Source: Eledone cirrhosa
Lineage: Eukaryota
Direction of reading: 5' to 3'
Length of the DNA stretch: 64,000 nt
Assembly (NCBI GenBank): GCA_964016885.1
Contig: OZ024743.1
Span: forward strand, 367,660,001 to 367,724,000
The first letter of the stretch is position 1. Each line of letters begins with the position of its first letter. Positions 25,481 to 36,871 of this stretch are shown in pieces. The notes below the pieces were generated by a model. That model ran no database searches, was not told where the DNA came from, and worked only from the letters and a program-made list of their open reading frames with translations. The position numbers and the translations under genes are program-made.

Positions 25481-26876
25481 TACATTTAATAGGTATTCCT
25501 GTAGAGCCCTGTAGAAAGGGTGACAAGCACTGTTTGACCATACAAAAACCCACTTTTTACTTGATCATTTTCCTGTCAAATACATTTTTTGATTTGAAAG
25601 TTCTGGATGTGAACTTTCTTCTCATATACTTTTGATCAAAACTCAACACTTACATATCATGCCAGGTTGCGAATTCAATATGGAAATTAACCAAAGTATT
25701 ACTAATAGTCCTGTTACAAAGTGTTAGTGATAATTATTAATGAAACTTTCTCAGAATTGCATGTAGATCTATATTAAAAATCAAACAAAATGTGAAAATT
25801 TATTCCTGTAAGCAAACTTGTTAGTAAGAGAGAGAAAAAAAAACAATCAACACTACTTGTGAAAATTTGGCTGACTCTATTCAAAATCAGAATTTAAAAA
25901 AGACATCATATTGGACTTTAATAGTCTACAAAATAATATTCATTTCACAATATAATTTTTATTGGTGAAATTTAACCAATATTTCTCAAAGAAAAACGAA
26001 ATTTCTGATCTCATTTTCTACATCTTAAAACAGTGAGAGGGAATAAACAACATTCTCAATACAATGATTCCATGCTAATTTTGGGCTCTAGAAGACTTAT
26101 GTAGTTCAATTTAGTGCATTTTTTTGTAGAAATATATGTTTACTTAATTAATTTATCTATTTCTTTAAATTTTGGCTCAAACTCGATATTTGAAGCTTTG
26201 GATTCATGTTCTGTTTCAGCTCTCACTGCACTGGAATACACTATTTTGACAAGTAGCGTCAATATGCATTATGAACATCTATGATATTCCCCTTTTTACT
26301 GACTTTGTAGTTTTGCAGAATCTCGTGATCATATTTGACAATGGCCGCATTGAATTCGTGAGAAATTTTTCTTTCTCGTGGTATAAAAATCTTGAAGAAA
26401 ATATGTTCTTTTCTAAATGAAAATTAACAATAAAATGTTCATGTTTATACTTCATAACGATTATCTGACCTACCCACTTTGATTTTTATATCAAAATAAA
26501 GCAAAAAAAGTCCACTTTATGACTGTATCATTTTCAACACAAATCCAGTTATTGAACAAGAACTAGTGTTACATTCAGCACATTGAACAAGAACTAGTGT
26601 TACATTCAGCAATAAAAACCAAAAGCAGGACAAACGTTGTAAATGGGTGGAAATACAAGGGTGATTAAGTGGATCTGACGATGTATTTGTGTTAGATTTT
26701 GATCAAATGTATGAGAAGAAAGTTCACATCCAGAACTTTCAAATGATATATGATTGTCCACAGAAAAAAATGTATTTTGACATAGAAATGATCAAGCAAA
26801 AAGTGGAGTTTTGCGTGGTCATACTGTGCTTGTCACTCCTTCCATGGATCTCTACTGTGATACTTACTATATACAT
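25481..26876. repeat. Pair of ~170-190-bp imperfect inverted repeats (25481-25649 and 26689-26876), probably DNA-transposon remnants
   Basis: For example atttgaaagttctggatgtgaactttcttctcata versus tatgagaagaaagttcacatccagaactttcaaat is an exact reverse complement. The flanks align more loosely. Confidence 0.75.
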
Positions 26877-27067
26877 GTTCTTGGCCATACTCCTAGCAAA
26901 CATTTTAAACCTTCTAGATCACCCCTAATCATGTCCTTCTTTAGTCTTTCCTCCCATCCCTCCTACTGTGTCAGCCTCCCCGCTTGGGTACGGCTTTCAC
27001 CTAAGGTTTCTTGGGTGTTTTTATGTTAGGGGCACAGTCCTGTTATGAAAAGCAGCATGAAATAAAT

Positions 27068-27162
27068 AAAGTGTCTTGCTCAAGAACACAATGTGCTGTT
27101 CAGTCCAAGAATTGAACCCGTGATCCTATGGCCATGAGTCTAACACCCTATCCCCTAAGCCA
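27068..27162 (-). mobile_element. tRNA-derived SINE head
   Basis: Minus strand reads GTGGCTTAGGGGATAGG (A box-like)...GGGTTCAATTC (B box)...gtgttcttgagcaagacactt. A related decayed head lies at ~24215-24310(+). Confidence 0.6.
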
Positions 27163-30100
27163 CATTTCTTAATAACTAATAAAAGAAATTATCTCAAACA
27201 AGTTAAAATGAGCAAACACTGAGGACTTCTGAACACCAATAATTTGGTCCTTGTAAAATGTGTTGAAATGTCAAACAATGAGGGGTGAGCTTCAGCTTAA
27301 AAGTTCATAAGTAATGTGAATGGATGAAAATTTGCTGTGGTTTAGTCATAGAAGAGGAACCTTGCAATGGTGAAAAGACAGAAGCTCATCTGATACAGTC
27401 ACATAAAAACTTCACAACTCACTGTCCAAAACCATTCTTTAGGGCAGAGTTGAGGGAGGGTAAAGAAAAAGCAAAGAAAATTCTGGTTTGACAACAAAGC
27501 AACCTTTTTGCAGATGATAGAAGATAGAGTGGCAACTACTGTCTAGAAAATATCTAGAGTAACACAACAATGACTGGTTGCACCAGTTGCAGGAACTGCA
27601 TTGATTGAGAGAGAACATAAATAAAGGTAGTTATAAGATGGAATATTTAATGCAGGTTTGAGAATATGAGATCTCACAGATGTGATGAAGCAGGATTTAG
27701 ATGAATGGGAAAGTGCTGCTAAGTTGCAAACTTGCAACTCATGCCACCATGGAAATATAATGTTAAAATGATGATGATGATGATGATAAATGATGGAAAA
27801 TCAAAGAATATCTGTCATATTAATTTGTTACTGAATTCAAAACGAAACATAAATTTGATGATAATGATGCTGCTGATGATAAGTAATTAATAGTTTATGT
27901 GGTATTTACAGCTTTTTGCTATAGCAGCAGTAGCTCATTTGAGTAAATCCTTATAAATTCAATAATATGTAAGCTAACATGTAGCAATAAAACCTGTAAT
28001 GTGTATTGCAAATGTTGGCAATAGAAACAGTTGAGACATAGCTTATACTGCAGCAACAAATCATGGCCTGGTAATCATGTAAGATTACAGAAGGGCAAAT
28101 TAAAGATGTAAATTTTGAATAAGATGACCGATACAAGCAGAAAACTGACCTCACAGCATTTGAATTTGGTAAATGAAAACTTCTTCAAATGAACTATGAC
28201 TGAAATGTAAGTAACATTATGATTATTTAGCTGGAGCAGCAAAGTAATCTATCAGTGTACAACCACTTGGCATGCTTGCATAAAAAAATCTATGGTACAA
28301 AGAAATAACTCTGAACAGAAAATGAAATTGAAGGTGAGTCAATGGAAGTTTATATTCATCTCACATTTCTCAATCAAAAGTTGACACATCACAGGAGTTG
28401 ATCTATGACTCTCACACAAATTTGTCATGAAAGCAAATATCTATATTTGTGTGTACCAGTTAGCCCATAAAGCTAGCATATATAGTGGATTCACAATGAA
28501 CCAAAAGTTAAAATCTCTAACTTAGTATCATTTCAAACTGTATTCACTAAATTTTCCTTGTCTTCAATCATATAGCTAGTTCTATGAAGAAGAAGATATT
28601 TCTTACCTGACTTTTATTACTGATAGCAATTCTCAACTGGGCTTTCTGTTCTATTATAACTTTCTACTCCAATTGATACCTGGAAACATTTATGATCCAT
28701 GTTCAACTGTAGTTAACAGGTCACATCTATGGTGAACAGTTCACTTTCCTCTCATGCATACATCAGTACTTTCCATTGTTTCACCTCACCTTCCCTGTTT
28801 TGTCACTATCAAAGAATTTACAGATTCCATATGTAAGAGAATAGGAAGAATAACTGATGTTTCTAGAGAATTCTTAATAGTCAACCTCTGGCTTCAGAAT
28901 TCTGTAATATGACATACAATAAATCAGTCAACAATCCTTGTAGATCTAGTTCAAATCAAAACTGCATTATCTTAAGAAGTTGGATACTTAATAAAATATA
29001 ACTGAAAGATAATCTACTTTCTGACCTGTGATACAGAAATAGCTTTATGGTTCATGGCACTTCTCCTTCTTTGGCATTCTTATGCCTTGCTAGTCATTCA
29101 TGTGAAATCCCATTTAGGAACTTTGTTTCTAATTTCTTTCCATTCAGATGTTTATTTCAAGGAGATATTTAGCTGGAGGTGAAGTAATTAATTTAGAAGT
29201 TCTCTCATTCAAAAAATTATGTGAATGAGCATCATTCATAACATGGTCACCCCAACCAGAACTAGCATTAATATCCTCACCACTATTAATATCATCACCA
29301 CTGCCACTACTTTGCTACCATTTTATCTCAAAGATACAAAGTTTTATTATACTTATTCATATGTTAGAGTCATTGCCAGTTATTTTTTTTACAAGTAAAC
29401 AAGGCTGAAATATCTATTTTAATTTATTGCTTCTATACTGTCTCTTAAGGTTAGTGTTTCCATGGCATTAAGTGGATAAGCTAAATCTTCAGCTGGATAT
29501 TATCCTAATTTATTATAGATAAACTTCCCATATGATCTGGTACTTATTTTCCACTACAACTAATTGAACTGAAGAAATGTAAAATAATGTGTCTCCAGAA
29601 ACATTTACATCAAATTTGAACTCGTGATCCCTGAGCAAGTAGTATTATATTTTATCAGCTTAACCATCTTGCCTCTACACCTATACTGCACAATGATGAT
29701 GATGATGAGGATGATTATGTTGAGACAGAAGTTAAATTATTGGCTGACCATAAAGTTTTATATCAGACCTGTCTGGTATATATATACTATCATCATTTTA
29801 CATCTGTTTTTCACACTGGAATGGGATGGATGAATTGCTACAGTCCAAGACTAGACAAATCGGAGAGACCTGTCTTGCTCATACATTCTATATTTGGCAT
29901 GATTTCTATGGTTGGATGCCCTTCCTAATGCCAACTATAATACAGAATGGATAAGGTTGATTTCTTCATGGCACACAGACTGTTTATTTGCAGGGTACAC
30001 TGGATGCATTTTATCGTGGCACCAGTACTAGACAGATTGTTACATTCTCATCTAGACTAAAGAGTTCTCTCAAGCGCTATATTGTCTCCTAGCCATACAA

Positions 30101-30369
30101 AATACACCAGTCTCAGAAGAAAAAAATAAGAGGAAAAAGTGACTAGAAGAGGAAAGAAGGGGTATGAAATATTTTATTTGCAGGAGAGATAAGTATGCTA
30201 GTGTAGGTTTACTGGATGAATGAAAAGCTCAGTTGATAGTAGATGACACTGGAGATTAAAATTACACTAATATGTAGTTACATAAGATTTAAGAGTAGGA
30301 ATAGGGATGATTCACTAAGGGAGTTACAAAGCCACACACATGGAGAGAGAGATATAGTTGACTGTGTTG

Positions 30370-30970
30370 ACTAATCGACTGAAGCAGGTGGAGAACTTCA
30401 AGCATCTGGGGGCTGTGTTCATGAGTGATGGAAGGCAGGTGGCTAAATTAATTGCAAGAATTGCAGGAGCTGGTACAGTAATGTATAAGCTTCAGCATTC
30501 GGTCATCAGAAAAAAGGAGATAGGTGTAAAAGCCAAACTCACTATTTTCAATTTGGTATTTGTGCCAACCTTTACTTATGGTCATGAATCTTAGGTAATG
30601 ACTGAAAGAATATGATCGCGAATACAAGCAGCCAAAATAGGATTCCTCTGAAGGGTCTTTGGAGTAATGTTACTCAATAGAGTGCCTAGCTCAGAGATCA
30701 GAGATTCGCTCAACGGAGAGCCACTCCAAATTGAGAAATCACAGCTCCAATATTACATACATGTTAGAATGTCTCAAGAAAGAATAGCTGGAAAGATTTT
30801 ATGGACAAATCCAGCCGGCAGGAGATCCATGGCCTTGACTAGTCTCACTTGCGGATCCAGCTGGACCAACTGGAGATGGTTGCTTCTGACAGAAGCCACT
30901 GGATGGTGTGTTTGAGGACTCTTCCCCCACTACCCTCCCAGGAATAAATGGGCAAACAAGAAGAGAAGAA
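30370..30970 (+). mobile_element. Rex3/Expander-like RTE LINE 3' fragment
   Basis: LKQVENFKHLGAVFMSDG...AKLTIFNLVFVPTFTYGHES. Same family as 58.5-60.8 kb and 61.4-62.3 kb. Confidence 0.8.
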
Positions 30971-32160
30971 ATTGTACTCATGCTCTCAACTGATTCTGAT
31001 ATTTCAAGATGTTTATGGGAGGTTAGATATATGATGTAATGGCAGGGAGTGAGTAACTAGATGTAGAATGCTGCCAGAAACTGTGCTCTTCACATGACCA
31101 AGAGCTTGAATATTTTTGAATATTATCAGTATTCTGAAATAATTTGAATATTTTTTTCTTTTGCAGTATAGTTAGCCTGAGGATGCAATTGCTGTACTGT
31201 CTGTTATATTGCCAGCAGTACCATTTCCAGGTACTTTATAACATGTTACTGTCTGGCTTGTTCGTAAACAAGTCTCATTGTTTCCTTATTGTGCTCTAAT
31301 GTTGTTTCAGTGAGTGCACTCAATGAGATTTTGTATTTTAGTTATGTTGTGAAAGACAATAAAGCATGTGAGTGTATTTGATTCACAAATTTTAGTCTTT
31401 TGTGTCAGGAGAATGCTTATTTTGTCGAGTGAGAAATGAGATGTGAGGTATAAAACAATGTTCTTTAGTGTTGTTGATATGTAGTGTTATACAAGATCTG
31501 TTTGGTCTTACTGTTCAATTAAAGTTGTGATAGCAGGATTCTAAGTTGTAGATGTATGGTTGGTGTTGATTTGGAGTTGTGTGTGAGGAGCTGTGAATAG
31601 TTGGGTTGTAAAGAATGAACATCTTTCTTCAACATACTTCAATTAAATTGTATGTTTGCAATAAAAAAGTAAGATAAAAATTAAAACAATTAAACTAAGG
31701 AGGAGGAAGAGGGAGTGGTAGTATCTACAACCCAGGCTAGGTAGTATATTTTAGTTGCATCCCACAGGTAAAATGGCAAAAGCATTGCCATAGAGAATAG
31801 CCAATGACACCTGCTGCAACAGCCACTCCTCACAGAGCTCCTTTCCTCAGGTGGAATCCACCCTCCTGATTTTGCAGAGGAAAACAGTAGTTTGGGGACC
31901 AAAGAACCCAAATGTCTCAATTTTGACTGACATGAAAAGGAAGCTGTGAGTCAGATCCCAGGATAAGGTGTTGATGGTGGATCCTCCATTAGTTTTGACA
32001 ATCAGGAGTCATTTGTTTGATCAACTAAACATCCAACTGGTTAAATTAACATGTAACTGGCTGAGTATTCCAGGCAGTATCAGCAAGAGACATTGTGATA
32101 GGGCTACAGCTTTGAATTTCAGGTGCTGCCTGGAATACTCAGCCAGTTACATGTTAATTT

Positions 32161-32930
32161 TTCGTTCAAACACACGCGTCACTTGCCAATTACATCACAA
32201 CATTAAAAGACTCCAACATCAGCTTCTCCACACACTGAGAAATTGTTGGCAGGGCAGCACCGTACAATTTTAAGAGGAAGTGCGAGCTTTGCCTCATGGA
32301 ACTTTACTATGTCATAAGCTCGAGCTCATCAACAGCACAGCAGAATCGGTGATAAACTGCAGGCACCGAATACAGGTGTCTTACTTTGGATGGAAATCGA
32401 CTGAGACATGAAAACCATAAACTGGGCCCCCCTGCATCAAACCATAACACTTCAGTGGGCAGGCGGTTCAAATAAACATATGTAAACCAACTATGCATCC
32501 CAGACCCTGCTTGAATCGACAATAGTAAAGCAGCACCCACAAAATAGTAATGGGAAAACACCATCATGTGAACGGGTAATAAGCAGTTTGGGGACAATTA
32601 TTCAAACACCGACCAGAGTTACTCCCCTTGCTCTGTGGCAAAAGCAACGCGTGTGAGCGAACGAAGAATGAACTTTGATGTAACTATAACCTTAAAACCC
32701 CTCCTGGGTCATGTACTGAACACTTTTTAGTTTTCTATGCTCTTGAGAAGCCCCTTTCTAGCGAAACGTATGTAGGTTCTTTTTTATATAAACATGTTTT
32801 AACGGTATATTCTCCTTTGTAATCATTTCACTTGTAACCGCTCTGCTTATATTCTCGCCCACTAAATATTAAGGCTTCCAATATTTAACCCTGTAGGCAA
32901 ATTGAGCATGTATGCACAAGCTATTGGCAA
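32161..32930 (+). mobile_element. Penelope-like element 3' end (GIY-YIG C-terminus plus UTR/pLTR)
   Basis: Frameshifted reading SLANYITTLKD...IVGRAAPYNFKRKCELCLMELYYVI...LINSTAESVINCRHR matches the PLE consensus LSKYIW.LK...PY...CxLCL.EK..I...LN.R.E....CRH. A degenerate hammerhead-like GCGAAACGTATGTA lies near 32761. Confidence 0.65.
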
Positions 32931-32957
32931 CTAACTATATGTATCGCTTATCTCTTC

Positions 32958-33013
<56 letters not shown>

Positions 33014-33144
33014 TAAAATAACAGATTAAAGTTTAAGCAAAGAATCGCTGCTTTCAGCCTTAACGGGATACGGTTCTTATATATTTGATATATATTTTCC
33101 TTATCGAGCCCTCTTTGGATTTTAGTCTTCAATTTTATTATTAT

Positions 33145-33184
<40 letters not shown>

Positions 33185-33325
33185 TAATATAGAAATGGCT
33201 TCTACAAGACTAGAACTGTTTCATTCGAAGGATATCATCAGGAAATATTATATATACTCTACTATGTATTGATTACCTTACTTACTGTGGTTACCCTCGA
33301 CTGAACCCGGGACACACACACACAA

Positions 33326-33358
<33 letters not shown>

Positions 33359-33372
33359 GATATATATATATA

Positions 33373-35325
33373 TTGGAAAAAGGGTGGGAGTAGGGAAGAA
33401 TATACAGCCGCCAAGAGAGAAGCTAGATGTCAGGTGTTCTTAGCACGCAGGGAGGCTGAGAGTAGGAGGTTTGCCAATGTTCTGCAAGGGGAAGATCAGA
33501 GGCATGCAGTGTTCCACATTGCAAGGCAGTGTGTCAATGCAAATCAGGATGTTGTTAGAGATAAATGTGTCCGGAATGATGCCGGTGTACTTAGTGTCAC
33601 GAATGATGAGAAAAAGGAGGCCTGGAAATGTCATTATGAGAGACTGATGAATGTGGAGAACGAATGGGAGAGAGAAAAATTACCCTCAGTAGATCCGACA
33701 GAAGGACCGGCTATTGAGATTGACGAATATAGGGTCCAAGAGGCGATTAAGGAAATGAAAAATGGTAAGGCTGCTGGACCGTCGGGGATAGTTGCTGAGA
33801 TGCTGAAGGCATCAGGGGACGCATCATCAATCAGGCTATATATGGTGGTGTCATACCCAAAGACAGGTGCAGCAGTATTCTCATAAATTGCTACAAAGGT
33901 AAAGGGGATGCTCTGGAGAGGAGCAATTATAGGGGTATAAAACTGATGGATCAGGTTATGAAAGTGGCAGAAAGGATATTAGCACAACTAATTAGAGAAA
34001 GGCTCAAACTAGATGAGATGCAGTTTGGTTTTGTGCCTGGGAAGAGTACAACAGATGCCCTCTATTTGGTGAGACAATTGCAAGAGAGGTTCTTACAGAA
34101 AAATAAGCCACTATACTTAGCCTTTGTTGACCTAGAGAAGGCTTTGGTAGGGTACCCCGATCTGTTATCTGGTGGTCCCTAAGTAAACTTTGTACAGAGG
34201 TACTGTCAGTAAAGTCAGGGTAAGAATAGAGTTAAGTGAGGAATTCCAGATACAAGTAGGAGTACATCAAGGTTCGGTCCTCAGCCCGCTCTTGTTCATT
34301 ATAGTCCTCCAAGCCATAACAGAGGAGTTTAAGACTGGCTGTCCATGGGAACTTCTCTATGCTGACGATCTGGTTCTTATAGCAGAACCAGTAGAGGAGC
34401 TAGAGAATAAATTCTGGCTATGGAAACAGCAGTTGGAAGCAAGAGGACTGAGAGTGAACATAGCTAAGACAAAAGAGTTGATGAGTAGAAAAGAGGACAA
34501 AACTCTGATTCCATCAGGGAAATGGCCATGTTCGATATGCAGAAAAGGAACTGGCATAAATTCTATAAAATGCACACAATGCAGATCCTGGGTACACAAG
34601 AGATGTAGCGGGATAACAGGCAAACTAACAGGTAGGGAGAAATATGTATGCAGTAGATATACAGGGAAATTAGACAGTAGAAGTTGCATTGATAGACACA
34701 TTTTTCAAATGCAGGCGGGTGCTATAGAAGTGGTGGATAGTGATCAGATTAGCATGGGAGGGGGGTGTTCCGAGGCCATAGTATCTAGAATAAGGATGGG
34801 TTGGAAGAAGTTTAGGGACCTGCTTCCTCTGCTGATGAAGAAGGGTTTCTCCCTGCGTACAAAAGGCCGGTTATATGATGCCTGTATGAGGAGCGTGATG
34901 CTGCGTGGTAGTGAGACTTGGGCAGCAACTGCAGAGGATATGTGACGGTTGGAGAGAAATGAGGCAAGCATGCTCCATTGGATGTGCAATGTCAATGTGC
35001 GTGAACGACCCAGCATGAATGTGTTGAGAGAGGAACTGTGTCTGAGAGGGATAGAATGTAGTGTACGGGAGAGGAGACTGAGGTGGTATGGACATGTGAT
35101 GGGCATGGTGGATGACCGATGGGTGAAGAAGTGCCAGGAAATGCCAGTTGAAGGAAGATGTGATAGAGGTAGACCACGAAAAGCATGGGCGGAGGTGGTG
35201 AGAACAGACCTCAGATCGCTGAAGCTCACGGTGGAGATGACGAAGGGCCGTGACGAGTGGAGAGATGCTGTGCTGAATAAGACCCGTCCCACCCTTGTAA
35301 GCAGGGAAGAGCGGACGTAAAATGA

Positions 35326-35327
<2 letters not shown>
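33373..35327 (+). mobile_element. RTE LINE (PHD-in-RT family) copy 1, 5'-truncated
   Basis: ORFs 33434-35320 give colinear RT, finger and RTE C-terminus (RLRWYGHV..GRPRK.W). Tail gacgtaaaatgatga. (TA)n on both sides. Confidence 0.92.
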
Positions 35328-35384
<57 letters not shown>

Positions 35385-35387
<3 letters not shown>

Positions 35388-36853
35388 TCATCATCATCAT
35401 CATCATCATTTTACGTCCGCTTTTCCCTGCTTGCAAGGGTGGGACGGGTCTTATTCAGCACAGGATCTCTCCACTCGTCACGGTCCCTCGTCATCACCAC
35501 CGTGAGCTTCAATGATCTGAGGTCTGTTCTCACCACCTCCGCCCATGTTTTTCGTGGTCTACCTCTGCCACGTCTTCCTTCAACTGGCAATTCCTGGCAC
35601 TTCTTCACCCATCGGTCATCCTCCATGCGCATCACATGTCCATACCACCTCAGTCTCCTCTCCCGTACACTACATTCTATCCCTCTCAGACACAGTTTCT
35701 CTCTCTCAACATATTTATGCTGGGTCGTTCACGCACATTTACACTGCACATCCAACCGGCCTTTCGTACGCAGGGAGAAACCCTTCTTTGTCAACAGAGG
35801 AAGCAGCTCCCTAAACTTCTTCCAACCCGTCCTTATTCTAGATACTATGGCCTCGGAACACCCTCCTCCCATGCTAATCTGATCTCCTAGGTACCGGAAG
35901 CTATCCACCACTTCTATAGCGCCCTCTTGCATTTGAAAAATGTGTCTATCAGTGCGACTTCTACTGTCTAATTTCCCTGTACATCTACTGCATACATATT
36001 TCTCCCTACCTGTTAGTTTGCCTGCTATCCTGCTACATCTCTTGTGTACCAAGGATCTGCATTGTGTGCATTTTATAGAATTTATGCCAGTTCCTTTTCT
36101 GCATATCGAACATGGCCATTTCCCTGACGGAATCAGGGTTTTGTCCTCTTTTCTACTCATCAACACTTTTGTCTTAGTTAGATTCACTCTCAGTCCTCTT
36201 GCTTCCAACTGCTGTTTCCATAGCCAGAATTTATTCTCTAGCTCCTCTACTGATTCTGCTATAAAAACCAGATCGTCAGCATAGAGAAGTTCCCATGGAC
36301 AGCCAGTCTTAAACTCCTCTGTTATGGCTTGGAGGACTATAATGAACAAGAGCGGGCTGAGGACCGAACCCTGATGTACTCCTACTTGTATCTGGAATTC
36401 CTCACTAAACTCCATTCCTACCCTGACTTTACTGAGAGTACCTCTGTACAAAGTTTGCACTGTCCTCACAAGCCATTCCTCAACACCTAGCTTCCTTAGG
36501 GACCACCAGATGACAGATCGGGGTACCCTATCAAAGGCCTTCTCTAGGTCAACAAAGGCTAAGTATAGTGGCTTATTCTTCTCTAAGAACCTCTCTTGCA
36601 ATTGTCTCACCAAGAAGAGGGCATCTGTTGTACTCTTCCCAGGCACAAAACCAAACTGCATCTCATCTAGTTTGAGCCTTTCTCTAATTAGTTGTGCTAA
36701 AATCCTTTCTGCCACTTTCATAATCTGATCTATCAGTTTTATACCCCTATAATTGCTCCTCTCCAAAGCATCCCCTTTACCTTTGTAGCAATTTATAAGA
36801 ATACTGCTGCACCAGTCTTTGGGTATGACACCACCATATATAGCCTGATTGAT
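35385..36853 (-). mobile_element. RTE LINE (PHD-in-RT family) copy 2, inverted relative to copies 1 and 3
   Basis: 345-aa ORF 35729-36766 with DLEKAFDRVP, GVHQGSVLSPLLF, YADDL, a complete C4HC3 finger and YLGD. (CAT)n tail at 35385-35409. Confidence 0.93.
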
Positions 36854-36871
36854 ATATATATATATATATAT

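Noticed and set aside
27068-27162. tRNA gene
   Set aside because: A and B boxes are present but there is no convincing cloverleaf, and it continues into a SINE body.
28607-28679. Possible 73-nt cassette exon (ttccAG|...|GTAAGA on the gene strand)
   Set aside because: Short pyrimidine tract, in-frame stop, frameshifting length, and no TMEM245 similarity.
34744-35882. Long ORFs with MMMM/IYIYIY/SSSS runs, and similar antisense ORFs at 37721, 47847 and 53316
   Set aside because: These are antisense frames of RTE copies running through microsatellites.
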